Origin: Treponema sp.
GTDB lineage: Bacteria; Spirochaetota; Spirochaetia; Treponematales; Treponemataceae
Reading direction: 5' to 3'
Assembly: GCA_052169975.1 (NCBI GenBank)
Contig: JBQNBK010000001.1
Coordinates: 1 to 49,868 of the forward strand
Length of the DNA stretch: 49,868 nucleotides
Shown here: positions 1 to 9,814 of the stretch, one piece after another
How positions within the stretch are numbered: position 1 is the stretch's first letter
Layout of the letters: every line of letters begins with the position of its first letter
Notes under the pieces: model-generated
Database searches by the model: none
Told to the model about the DNA's origin: nothing
The model's input: only the letters and a program-made list of their open reading frames with translations
Program-made: the position numbers and the translations under genes

Positions 1-252
1 ATAGAAAGATACGAAACAAAAGAAATATCCAAAGAAGTGGCGAAAGAGATAAATATAATAGAAGGAAGCTCGGTTAAAGATGCTCCCAGTGAAATGGCAG
101 AAGCAAATCTAATAAAACAAAGCTCAACTAACGAAACCCCGAATGAGACAATTCAAAAGATGCTAAAAGAAAGGAAGCCTTTTAAAAGACACTCAAAAAA
201 GGCGAAGTGCCGTGCAAGAAGGCGGAAAATGCTGGCGTTTTCTCGGTGTTGA
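1..252 (+). CDS. 3' part of a hypothetical protein (frame open from the window edge), basic C-terminal tail
   Basis: Frame 1 has no stop from position 1 to TGA at 250-252; no recognisable motif. Confidence 0.5.
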   Translation: MERYETKEISKEVAKEINIIEGSSVKDAPSEMAEANLIKQSSTNETPNETIQKMLKERKPFKRHSKKAKCRARRRKMLAFSRC

Positions 253-333
253 GGCTTTAGTTTGCATGATATTTGCATGATAAAATAGAAGATAATGTTT
301 AATCTTGAAAAAAGCAAACTAAAACTATAATAT

Positions 334-1365
334 ATGCACCTTATGAATAAGATGATAAAGCGAGTTCTAACAGGGGATCGTCCAACAGGGCATCTACATT
401 TAGGGCATTATGTGGGCTCAATAAAAAATAGATTAGAGATGCAAAAAGAGTATGAATGCTTTTTTATTATTGCTGATTTACACACATTAACAACAAAACA
501 ATCAAAAAAAGATGTTAAAGAACTTAACGAAAATATAAAAGCAATGGTGCTGGACTATCTTGCTTGTGGAATAGACCCTAATAAATCTTATATATACGTG
601 CAGTCAAGCGTTATGGAAGTGGCAATATTAAATTTGATTTTTTCTAATATTGTTACAGTGCCACGTTTGCAACGTATTCCTTCGATAAAAGATATGGCAA
701 AAAATGCTAATTTGTCTGAATTGCCATTTGGGCTTTTAGGCTATCCTGTGCTTCAAGCAGCAGATATATTATTACCACGTGCAACATTTGTTCCTGTAGG
801 TAAAGATAATGAAAGCCATATAGAGCTAACTAGGGAAATTGCAAAAAGATTTAATCACTTATATGGAGAAGTTTTTCCATTGCCTAAAACAATCACAAGC
901 GAAGTAAGCACATTGGTTGGCACAGATGGGGCAAATAAGATGTCAAAAAGTATTGGGAACGCAATTTTTCTTTCTGATAGTGCCGAGCAAGTGAAAAAGA
1001 AAGTGAGAAAAATGTATACTGACCCTAATAGAACTTCAAGTGATGTGCCCGGCAAGGTAGAAGGCAACCCAGTTTTTATCTATCATGATGTTTTTAATCC
1101 TAATAAAGAAGAAGTTGAAGAGCTAAAAGAAAGATATCAAAAAGGAAAGGTTGGGGATGTTGAAGTAAAAGATAAGTTAGCCTTCGCAATAAATAATTTT
1201 TTAGAACCAATAAGAGAAAGAAGACAAAAGTATGAAAAAGATGAAGCTTTGCTAGAAAGCATTATAATAGAAGGAAATAAAAAGGTTCGAGAAGAAGCTA
1301 GGGCTACATTGTCTTGTGTTAGTGATGCTATGGGCATTTCTTTAGCATTGGAAAAGGACTTTTAG
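334..1365 (+). CDS. trpS: Tryptophanyl-tRNA synthetase
   Basis: [11 protein letters not shown] (HIGH), [21 protein letters not shown] motifs; true start may be ATG 343 or 352. Confidence 0.97.
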   Translation: MHLMNKMIKRVLTGDRPTGHLHLGHYVGSIKNRLEMQKEYECFFIIADLHTLTTKQSKKDVKELNENIKAMVLDYLACGIDPNKSYIYVQSSVMEVAILNLIFSNIVTVPRLQRIPSIKDMAKNANLSELPFGLLGYPVLQAADILLPRATFVPVGKDNESHIELTREIAKRFNHLYGEVFPLPKTITSEVSTLVGTDGANKMSKSIGNAIFLSDSAEQVKKKVRKMYTDPNRTSSDVPGKVEGNPVFIYHDVFNPNKEEVEELKERYQKGKVGDVEVKDKLAFAINNFLEPIRERRQKYEKDEALLESIIIEGNKKVREEARATLSCVSDAMGISLALEKDF

Positions 1366-1949
1366 TGAAACGTATTAATATAATTTTTCTTTTTGGGCTT
1401 TGTCCTATAATAATAACAAGTTCATTTATAGCATATTCTATTATTATGGTTGCATCCTTATGGGTGTTTTTTCTTTTTTCTTTATTAGCTGATTTTGTTT
1501 CACGCTTTTTAGAGCTTAAAAATAGACGTGTTTTTGAATTCTTTTTTGGAATTACTTTATACTTAATCTATCTAAAAGTTATAGAAATAGTTTTTCCTGT
1601 TATTTTTATATCTTTAACCCCATATTTATATCTTTTATGTTTTTCTTATATTATGTATTTTTGCTTTGATGAATATGAAAAGAATAAATATCCTTCATTA
1701 TTAATTAAGTATTCTCTTCTGTTTTTTGCACTTTCTTTTGTTAGGGAGCTTTTAAGTTTTGGCTCTGTTTCTCTTCCTGCATTTTATGGAATTGCCTCAT
1801 TTAATATCTTTGAACTTTTAGGTCTTTCTGCTCCTTTTAGATTTTTAGGTTCTTCAGCTGGCACTTTAATTATGTTGGGGCTTTTTGCATCTTTTTACTT
1901 TTGGTATGCAAATGATGAGCCTATGTATGTTAAGGAAAAAATTAAATGA
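1365..1949 (+). CDS. Membrane protein, divergent RnfE/NqrD-like
   Basis: About 6 TM segments; FGLCP near N-terminus and VRELLSFGS resemble the RnfE LGLCP and IRELLG.G motifs. Confidence 0.55.
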   Translation: MKRINIIFLFGLCPIIITSSFIAYSIIMVASLWVFFLFSLLADFVSRFLELKNRRVFEFFFGITLYLIYLKVIEIVFPVIFISLTPYLYLLCFSYIMYFCFDEYEKNKYPSLLIKYSLLFFALSFVRELLSFGSVSLPAFYGIASFNIFELLGLSAPFRFLGSSAGTLIMLGLFASFYFWYANDEPMYVKEKIK

Positions 1950-2521
1950 ACTATCTTCATATACTATTGTTTTACACTTGCATGTCGCCCTTTATGTTTA
2001 TGTATGGGATAGGCTTAGAACGTCTTTCAATACTATCTGGGAATAACTTAAAACATTCACATTTTTATTTGAAAAGTCTTACCTTTGTTTTTTCCACTTC
2101 TACTGTTGCTTACGTTTTATTTAACTTTTTTTTAAAACCACTTTATCTATCTTTTCTTTTTCCATTAATTCTTATTGCACTTCTTTTCTTTTTTGAAAAA
2201 GGTGTCGCGTACTTGTATGCTGGTTTTGTTGATTCTACACCACAAATAGCAGAACATGAAAAGATTTTTACCTTTGGCACTGTAATTATTTCTTTGTATG
2301 AAAGTGCTATGTATGTTGAAATTTTGTTTATTATAGCAATTTCTTTTTTGCTTATGATTTTTTTTCATGCAATATTAAAAGCTATTAGAAAAAGAATTGA
2401 TGTTTTTAATATTGAAAATAGATGGAATAACTTATCTCTTTTGCTTATTAGTTTTGGTTTTATAGCTTCAGCTTTATATTTTATTGATGTTATGTACGCA
2501 TCTAATTCTTTAATAAATTAA
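1946..2521 (+). CDS. Membrane protein, divergent RnfA/NqrE-like
   Basis: 191 aa, about 6 TM; AIRKRID...LSLLLISFGFIASAL resembles the RnfA C-terminus; overlaps the upstream gene by 4 nt. Confidence 0.5.
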   Translation: MNYLHILLFYTCMSPFMFMYGIGLERLSILSGNNLKHSHFYLKSLTFVFSTSTVAYVLFNFFLKPLYLSFLFPLILIALLFFFEKGVAYLYAGFVDSTPQIAEHEKIFTFGTVIISLYESAMYVEILFIIAISFLLMIFFHAILKAIRKRIDVFNIENRWNNLSLLLISFGFIASALYFIDVMYASNSLIN

Positions 2522-2624
2522 TTTAAGTATATCTATTAGGCTTATATTTTTTTTTAATCATATTATAAAATGTTAGCTTTTACTGCTTATTTTTGCTTGG
2601 GAAATTAATACTTTTAAGGAGATT

Positions 2625-4529
2625 TTGACTTTTGTGAATAAAGAGAACATTGATGTTTGCTTTGTTTTGCACGTTGATTATACTTATATTGAAGAGCTTA
2701 ATAAGATAAACCCTTCAAATATCTATGGCGACATTTTTTCTTGTTTACACGATCACTTGCAAAACCTCCCTTTTACTATATCTCCTTCTGGGTCTTTTAT
2801 AAACTGGGTTGAAGAAAAAAATATGCCTTTTTTATATTTGCTTAAAAACATGGTTTTTCGTGAACAAGTGGAAATCTTAGGTGGTGCTTTTTATGAGCCT
2901 TTTTTTCCTATTGTGCAATCTAATGATGTTTTTGGGCAAGTGGAACTTTTAACCGAAATACTTTGCGAACACTTTGGGCAAAAGCCACATGGTTGTTTTA
3001 TTCCTTATTCAGCATGGGATGAAAGTGTTATTCTTCCATTAAGAAAAAGTGGTATTGAATATTGTCTTTTGGATTCACGCTTTTTCAAAGCTTCTGGTCT
3101 TAATATGTATAAGCCTGCTTGTTTGGAGCATAATGGCAAAACTATTTTTGCAATTCCTTTTGAAAGTGCCCTTACTAATGCAATAGAGTTTAGCCCTTCA
3201 GATTATTATGAAAACATTTTGAAGCTTGCAAAACAAGAAAATAGTTGTATTATTGTGCCACTTACAAAGGAAACATTGCATGCTTGCATTAAGAGGAAGA
3301 ATAAGGCAGAAAAGTCATGGTTTGAAGAGTTTTTAAGTGTTATTAAAGATTCTTATATAAGGCTAACTCATGTTGGTAAAGTAATAAAAAACGAAAAAAT
3401 ACATCAAAGAGGCATGATTGCCTCAAATGCTATTTTGAATGATAAAGTGTTGGATTCTTCAATTAAAAAGCATATTTTTATGGATGAAGACCTTCGTTTA
3501 TTATATTGTAAGATGCAATATGTATATGCTTTGTGCAATCAAATAAGAGGGGAAAAATCTCGAAAGAATACAGCATTGCAAGACTTATGGAAGGCTCAAA
3601 GTGCTGTTTTGTTTGATTTAGAAAATAAAAACAGAAAGCATAGGTCTTTATTGATGCAGTATTGCTATAGAAACTTGCTTTTATCAGAAAAACAAACCAG
3701 AATTCCGGGAAAATTTAGTACATCTATTTTAAGCTATGATTTTGATATGGATGGTGTTAAAGAATTCTTGTTTCAACGTGAAGATATCAATATGTATGTT
3801 CACTATATTGGTGGCAAAGTTTTTGAAATGGATGTGCTTAATGTGTATAAAAATTACACTTATATGGTAAATGAGCACGGTCTTTTTATTGATCACCTAG
3901 TTTCTGCAAAAGATTTGGAAAAAATTCAAGAAAATGATTATAGGTCGATTAGAGCAAATTCTGTTTTTGCAAATAATTTTTATCAATATGTTTCTCATAA
4001 TAACATAAAAAAGAATTTGCAATTTAAAACTGAAGGAATGTTGAAGCTTTCTAATGCCATTGCTGTGGCAGTGTCCTTAAAAAAGAAATATACATTGACA
4101 GATGATAGTATGGAAGTGCAATATATATTAAAAAATGATTCTTCTATTACAATATCATCTTTTTTTATGGTTGAAATGTCTTTATTATTTGAAGCAAATA
4201 ATAAAAAAGCAGCTAAAATTTCAGTGTATACTGAAGATGTTAAGCAAGAACTTTCTATAGAAGAACTTAATGTTTGCCATGCGTTTAAGTGTATTCCATG
4301 GCTACAAATAGTTGGAATAGATGGTAGAATTAAGTTTGTTATGGAACTTAATGAACAAGCTAATATTATTTTAATTCCAATATATGGAAAAGATGCCGAA
4401 ACTATAAATAATTGTATAGGTTTGCGTATTTTATTTTATTGGAATGTGGAGCTGGAACCAGAGCATGACACTGAAAAAATGATGTTTTTTAGGGTGTTAG
4501 ATTCTAAGAAAAAACAAGGAGAATATTAG
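2625..4529 (+). CDS. GH57 (alpha-amylase/4-alpha-glucanotransferase)-like protein, catalytic motifs degenerate
   Basis: EILGGAFYEP, GQVELL..HFGQKPHG, IEYCLLD and DFDMDGVKE match the GH57 4-alpha-glucanotransferase architecture; AAGGAG SD before TTG. Confidence 0.8.
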   Translation: MTFVNKENIDVCFVLHVDYTYIEELNKINPSNIYGDIFSCLHDHLQNLPFTISPSGSFINWVEEKNMPFLYLLKNMVFREQVEILGGAFYEPFFPIVQSNDVFGQVELLTEILCEHFGQKPHGCFIPYSAWDESVILPLRKSGIEYCLLDSRFFKASGLNMYKPACLEHNGKTIFAIPFESALTNAIEFSPSDYYENILKLAKQENSCIIVPLTKETLHACIKRKNKAEKSWFEEFLSVIKDSYIRLTHVGKVIKNEKIHQRGMIASNAILNDKVLDSSIKKHIFMDEDLRLLYCKMQYVYALCNQIRGEKSRKNTALQDLWKAQSAVLFDLENKNRKHRSLLMQYCYRNLLLSEKQTRIPGKFSTSILSYDFDMDGVKEFLFQREDINMYVHYIGGKVFEMDVLNVYKNYTYMVNEHGLFIDHLVSAKDLEKIQENDYRSIRANSVFANNFYQYVSHNNIKKNLQFKTEGMLKLSNAIAVAVSLKKKYTLTDDSMEVQYILKNDSSITISSFFMVEMSLLFEANNKKAAKISVYTEDVKQELSIEELNVCHAFKCIPWLQIVGIDGRIKFVMELNEQANIILIPIYGKDAETINNCIGLRILFYWNVELEPEHDTEKMMFFRVLDSKKKQGEY

Positions 4530-5455
4530 TGGTGAAAAATATATTGAAAAAAGCAAAATGGGCTGGTTTACTTATTTTGGTTTTGCTAATTGTGCTTTCT
4601 GGTGTTAAAATGATAAAAACTACTGATAATGGTGTGGTTTTACGTCTTGGAAAGTATCATACAATATTACAACCGGGCTTACACATAGTTATTCCTTTTA
4701 TAGATAGGGTTTATAGTGTTCCCGTTACTATTGTGCAAAAAGAAGAATTTGGTTTTAGGACATCTAACTTAGGTGAAAGAAGTTCGTGGGAAAATAATTT
4801 ATTGCTTGAATCTTCTATGCTTACAGGAGATTTGAATATTTTGAATGTGGAATGGGTGGTTCAGTATAGAATAGTTGACCCTAAAGCATGGCTTTTTAAT
4901 GTGCATAAAAGTGAAAGAGAAAACACAATTAGAGATGTTGCAAGAGCTACTATTAATAGCTTGGTTGGCGATAGGGCAATTTTGGACATTATGGGTGAAG
5001 AACGCAATAATATTCAGGCTTTTGCAAAAACTATTATGAACGAAAAATATGAAGGGCTAGGTTTAGGAATATCTGTTTCTTCTGTTCAATTGCAAAATGT
5101 TACGCCCCCTCTTGCAGTGCAAGAAGCATTTGAAGATGTGAATATTGCAATACAAGACATGAATAGGCTTATAAATGAAGGAAAAGAAGCATACAATCGT
5201 GAAATTCCAAAGACAAAAGGTGAGGCAGACCAATTACTTCAGCAAGCACAAGGCTATGCAACAGAAAGAATTAACGTTGCACAAGGTGATGTGGCTCGCT
5301 TTAATCTAGTTTATGATGAGTATATAAAGTCGCCTGTTATAACAAAAAGACGCTTATATTTAGAAACTTTAAGCGATATATTTGAAGATAGTGAAAAGCT
5401 TACTATAGTTGATAAAAACTTGAAAAACTTTTTACCATTTAAAGACATAAAATAA
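4529..5455 (+). CDS. hflK: FtsH protease modulator HflK
   Basis: N-terminal TM, SPFH domain (PGLH..IPFID, MLTGDLNI), AQGDVARF, RRLYLETL. Confidence 0.93.
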   Translation: MVKNILKKAKWAGLLILVLLIVLSGVKMIKTTDNGVVLRLGKYHTILQPGLHIVIPFIDRVYSVPVTIVQKEEFGFRTSNLGERSSWENNLLLESSMLTGDLNILNVEWVVQYRIVDPKAWLFNVHKSERENTIRDVARATINSLVGDRAILDIMGEERNNIQAFAKTIMNEKYEGLGLGISVSSVQLQNVTPPLAVQEAFEDVNIAIQDMNRLINEGKEAYNREIPKTKGEADQLLQQAQGYATERINVAQGDVARFNLVYDEYIKSPVITKRRLYLETLSDIFEDSEKLTIVDKNLKNFLPFKDIK

Positions 5456-5474
5456 AGGAATTAAAAAAAAGAAT

Positions 5475-6452
5475 ATGAAAAAAATTAAAAATCAAAACAC
5501 TGTTGTGGCATTGGTAATAGCTTTTTTAGTAATAGTTTTTTCTTTTTTTCAAGTTTTTTATGTATTGGAAGAAGGCGAAGTGGCTATTATCACTCAATTT
5601 GGAGAGGTTGTTGGCACAGAAACTAATGCGGGGCTTCATTTTAAGATGCCTTTATTGCATAATGTGAATAGGTATACTGCAAAGTTATTAAGGCTTGATG
5701 GGGATCCTCAAAAGATTCTAACAAAAGAAAAGCAATTTATAGAAGTGGACACAACAAGCCGTTGGAGAATATCAGACATAAAAAAGTTTTACCAATCTCT
5801 TGTTACTTATCAAGCAGCTTTTTCGCGTCTTTCTGACATAGTGGATTCTTCTGTTAGGGACATTGTGACAGTGAATTCTTTGGATGATATTGTTCGCTCT
5901 TCTAATATAATTAATGAAAGCACTCATAAAGAAAAATTTGATATTAATACTGAAGAAATTAAGATTGACGAGCTTGCTTCAGAAAATATTACTTATGCAA
6001 AGATTTCAAAAGGACGGGCTATGCTGGCAAATGAAATTTTGCAAAAAGCTAATAGCCAGCTAGATGAGTTTGGAATTGAAATTATTGACGTTATATTTAA
6101 GCAAATTAAGTATTCTGACGAATTACAGAATTCAGTCTTTAGCAGGATGATTAAAGATAGGAATCAAATTGCACAAACCTTTAGGTCTACAGGTGAAGGA
6201 AAAAAAGCAGAATGGCTTGGAAAGCTAGAAAATGAAAAAAGAAGTATTCTTTCAAAAGCCTATTCTGAAGCAGAGAAAATAAAGGGAGAAGCAGATGCTA
6301 AGGCAGCTTTAATTTATGCTTCTTCTTACAAAAAAGATATAGAATTTTATACTTTTTGGAAAAGTATGGATATTTATAAAAGATCGTTACCAGCTAGCGA
6401 TAAGATATTATCTACAGATATGGATTATTTTAAACATCTATATTCATATTAA
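5475..6452 (+). CDS. hflC: FtsH protease modulator HflC
   Basis: GLHFKMP, RWRISD, RSTGEG, GEADAKA, FYTFWKSM; follows hflK. Confidence 0.93.
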   Translation: MKKIKNQNTVVALVIAFLVIVFSFFQVFYVLEEGEVAIITQFGEVVGTETNAGLHFKMPLLHNVNRYTAKLLRLDGDPQKILTKEKQFIEVDTTSRWRISDIKKFYQSLVTYQAAFSRLSDIVDSSVRDIVTVNSLDDIVRSSNIINESTHKEKFDINTEEIKIDELASENITYAKISKGRAMLANEILQKANSQLDEFGIEIIDVIFKQIKYSDELQNSVFSRMIKDRNQIAQTFRSTGEGKKAEWLGKLENEKRSILSKAYSEAEKIKGEADAKAALIYASSYKKDIEFYTFWKSMDIYKRSLPASDKILSTDMDYFKHLYSY

Positions 6453-6510
6453 ATTGGTTTTTAAGTGTAGAAAGTTTCTAGTTGATTTTAGAGACTAGTT
6501 TGGAGGGAAT

Positions 6511-7131
6511 ATGTCTAAAGGCTCTGTTATGAGAGTAGTGATTCTTTTAATTTTGATTGTTGTTTTAGTGCTAGGAGGTCTTCTTTGGTTTGACTATCTA
6601 GGGCTTGTTCATACTAGGGGAATGTTTTCTCCTATATATTCTGCATTTGGACTTAAAACACCGCAAGGAGTGGCAACTAGTGCCGAAGAAATTGCGGACC
6701 TAGAAAATGATAGATATGCAAAAAGAATAAAGGCATTGGAAACAAGAAAAGAAGAGCTTGATAAGTTTCAAAGTGAATTGGAAGCAGAAAAAAAAGAAAA
6801 CTTAAAAATAGCTGAAGAATTGAATGACAGAAAGACCTCTATAGAAGAAAAAGAAAAATCGTTTCAACAGATTATGGAAGAAACAGATGATAGAAATAGA
6901 AATATCAACCAAATTGCGGGTTATATGAATGGTATGAGACCAGATAATGCTGTTGCAAATTTGCTAGAAATGGATGACCAAGATATTATTGATGTTTTAA
7001 GAGCAACAGAAGAAATAGCCACTAGAGAAGGAAAAACATCTTTGGTTTCTTATTGGTTTTCTCTTATGCCACCAGCAAGAGCAGCCCAGATACAAAGGAA
7101 AATGGCAAATAAACCTCTAACACTAAAATAG
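6511..7131 (+). CDS. flbB: Periplasmic flagellar collar protein FlbB
   Basis: N-terminal TM (GGLLWFDYLG), coiled coil, MgtE-N-like C-terminus (MRPDNAV...SYWFSLMPPARAA); GGAGG SD. Confidence 0.8.
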   Translation: MSKGSVMRVVILLILIVVLVLGGLLWFDYLGLVHTRGMFSPIYSAFGLKTPQGVATSAEEIADLENDRYAKRIKALETRKEELDKFQSELEAEKKENLKIAEELNDRKTSIEEKEKSFQQIMEETDDRNRNINQIAGYMNGMRPDNAVANLLEMDDQDIIDVLRATEEIATREGKTSLVSYWFSLMPPARAAQIQRKMANKPLTLK

Positions 7132-7138
7132 GCAGGCT

Positions 7139-8626
7139 ATGCTTTTTCCAACTTTTCAGTTTTTCTTTTTCTTTGCAATTGTTTTTCTCTTATACTGGTA
7201 TGTTTTTAGGCGGAAAGTGCAAAGAAAACTCCTTTTATTGTTTGCATCTTATGTTTTTTATGCAAGCTGGAATATTCGGTTTTGCCTTTTACTTTTCACT
7301 GTTACCATTATTAATTATCTTTTTGGTTTAATTTTGAGTCGAGAAAAAGAACACAATGTGAGAGTTGTAGTTATTTGGGTGATTACACTTTTAAATGTTT
7401 TATACCTATTTTGTTTTAAGTATCTTTATGATGTGATGCTTTTTTTGACTTATTTATTACCTAGCATCTTTGACAATAATGTTTTATTCCCTCATATAAC
7501 ATCTTCTTTCTTTTTGCCAATAGGGATATCTTATTATACTTTTAAGTGTATGAGCTATAACTTTGATATATATTTATGCAAAATGAGAGTTGGAAGAAAA
7601 AACTTTTTAGACACTCTTTTATATGTTTCATTTTTTCCACAATTGCTTTCTGGTCCTATAGTTAATGCTTCATACTTTTTTAAAGAACTACCAAAAGCCT
7701 TAACTTGCGATAAATTAAGCTATAAGGCAATAGAATTGGACAAAGCTATGTTGCTTTTAATGAGTGGGCTTTTTAAAAAACTTATTCTTTCTTCTTTTTT
7801 ATTGGTGCTAATTTGCAATAAAGTGTTTGCAGCTCCTAGTAGCTATAACACTATTGAGCTCCTTCTTGCTGTTTTAGCTTTTACTGTTTCAATATATGCA
7901 GACTTTTCAGGCTATAGCGACATAGCAATAGCTATTGGTTTACTTTTAGGATTTAAGACGCCTAATAACTTTAATAGGCCATATCTTTCTTCTAGTGTTA
8001 GCGAATTTTGGAGACGTTGGCATATAAGTTTTTCCACATGGCTTAGGGATTATATCTACTTTCCTCTTGGGGGTTCTCGCTTTTCTATTATGAGGACAAC
8101 TTTTGCTTTATGTTTTACTATGTTTATTGCAGGAATATGGCATGGCATGAAGTTTAATTTTTTGTTGTGGGGTATTTTGCAAGGTGTAGCTCTTTCTATT
8201 GAAAAGATTGTGCATGAAAAAAACAAACTAAATAAGCTTGACTTTGATGAAGATGAATTAATTCCACAAAAGAGAAAGTCTTTTTTGGGTTTTATCGGGT
8301 TTATTTTTAGAATATTATTGGTTTTTATTTTTACAAATATTAGTTGGCTTATTTTTAAGAGTGAAACACTAAAAGATGTTGTAATTTTTGTTTCTTCCCT
8401 ATCAAATATACATGTTCCAATTACTATTATCACTCCTTTTATTTTAGGGCTTATTATCTTTGGGCTTTTGATGCAAGTGCCTACAAATAGTTTTAGGGAA
8501 AAGTTATTTAAAGTGTATGTTTATGTTCCACTCATAATTAAAACATTGATATTTACAGCATTTATTATTGGTATATACTTAGTTTCAATGTCTAGTGTGC
8601 CACCTTTTATATATTTTGCTTTTTAG
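7139..8626 (+). CDS. MBOAT family O-acyltransferase (AlgI/PatA/DltB-like)
   Basis: LPIGISYYTF, FFPQLLSGPI, YADFSGYSDIA, EFWRRWHIS, GIWHG. Confidence 0.93.
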   Translation: MLFPTFQFFFFFAIVFLLYWYVFRRKVQRKLLLLFASYVFYASWNIRFCLLLFTVTIINYLFGLILSREKEHNVRVVVIWVITLLNVLYLFCFKYLYDVMLFLTYLLPSIFDNNVLFPHITSSFFLPIGISYYTFKCMSYNFDIYLCKMRVGRKNFLDTLLYVSFFPQLLSGPIVNASYFFKELPKALTCDKLSYKAIELDKAMLLLMSGLFKKLILSSFLLVLICNKVFAAPSSYNTIELLLAVLAFTVSIYADFSGYSDIAIAIGLLLGFKTPNNFNRPYLSSSVSEFWRRWHISFSTWLRDYIYFPLGGSRFSIMRTTFALCFTMFIAGIWHGMKFNFLLWGILQGVALSIEKIVHEKNKLNKLDFDEDELIPQKRKSFLGFIGFIFRILLVFIFTNISWLIFKSETLKDVVIFVSSLSNIHVPITIITPFILGLIIFGLLMQVPTNSFREKLFKVYVYVPLIIKTLIFTAFIIGIYLVSMSSVPPFIYFAF

Positions 8627-8635
8627 GACTATTAA

Positions 8636-9811
8636 ATGAAAAACAAAGAAAGCGTAAACAAAGAAAAGAAAAAAGGAGCTTATTCTGTAAACAAAACTAT
8701 TTTTAGTTTTCTCATTTTTACTTTGTTGTTTGTTTTTATAACTTCAAGCGATCTTTATTCTAAATCTTCTCATGTTGAAAATATTTATATAAGAACTATA
8801 TTAACTTCGATTCTAAAGCCTATTGATAATTTGGCAAGAAAGGTTGGGGTTACTAATCTTTTTAACCAAGCACGTCAAAAAGTTTTATCTTTTTCTAAAT
8901 TAAACAAAGAGCTTGAATGGGAAGAATTTTATTACACAGAAAACAATATTCAAGAAGAAATTGTTAAGAAAATTGAAAAAGAAGAAAATAGAAAAAAGCC
9001 TATGGGTAGAGAAAAACCTCTAAAGAAAAAGAAGCTTTATGAGGAACAACTTTTGGAAGAAGTTCCTGTTATTGAAGATTTAGAAGGAGAGGGGGAGGAA
9101 ATAAAAGAAATTGAAGAAATCTCCCCATATTTATATGATGAGAATAAGCCTTTTCGTCTTTTGATGGTTGGGGATTCTCAAATGTATAGTGTTGCAAATG
9201 GATTAAAGAAACTAACTATAGAAAACAAAGCTATTGAAATTACTGATATTGCAATACATTCTTCAGGTTTTATTCGTGGAGATTATTATAATTGGGAAAA
9301 AAAGCTAGAGAATGTCTTTAAGGAAAGAGAAGCAGGGTATTATCAAGCAAGTGTGATTCTTTTAGGAATGAATGATTATCAAGACATATACACTTATTCT
9401 TCTTTTTTGTTGCGAGAAACAAAGGAATGGGAAGAAAAATATAAAGAAAGAATTATGAAAGTGCTTAATGTTTTGCTATTAAACACAAAAAAAGTGTATT
9501 GGCTTGGAATGCCTTTAGTGAGAAGAGCTACATATAATGATGACCTAAGATATATTGATAAAATTCAAAAAGAAATAGCAGATGAATATAACCAACCTAA
9601 TTTGCAGCGAATATCTATTGCAAGTATAGCTCCCGGTGATGGTGTTCCATATACTGACACAATTCAAAAAGAAGATGGCACTATTATTCGCCTTATGAAA
9701 GCAGATGGCATACACTACACTGCTCAAGGTGGGGAGTATGTTATGGAAGGCTTTTTAAAAGAGCTATACATTACATGGTTTATAAAGCCAAACATGAAAG
9801 AAGAAAAGTAA
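8636..9811 (+). CDS. Membrane-anchored SGNH/GDSL protein (DUF459-like), probable O-acetyltransferase partner
   Basis: N-terminal TM; GDSQ (block I), SSG (II), GMND (III), DGIH (V). Confidence 0.8.
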   Translation: MKNKESVNKEKKKGAYSVNKTIFSFLIFTLLFVFITSSDLYSKSSHVENIYIRTILTSILKPIDNLARKVGVTNLFNQARQKVLSFSKLNKELEWEEFYYTENNIQEEIVKKIEKEENRKKPMGREKPLKKKKLYEEQLLEEVPVIEDLEGEGEEIKEIEEISPYLYDENKPFRLLMVGDSQMYSVANGLKKLTIENKAIEITDIAIHSSGFIRGDYYNWEKKLENVFKEREAGYYQASVILLGMNDYQDIYTYSSFLLRETKEWEEKYKERIMKVLNVLLLNTKKVYWLGMPLVRRATYNDDLRYIDKIQKEIADEYNQPNLQRISIASIAPGDGVPYTDTIQKEDGTIIRLMKADGIHYTAQGGEYVMEGFLKELYITWFIKPNMKEEK

Positions 9812-9814
9812 GAT

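Noticed and set aside
261..282. Tandem 11-bp repeat TTTGCATGATA x2 upstream of trpS; T-box
   Set aside because: Only two units in AT-rich DNA; the 81-bp gap is too short for a T-box leader
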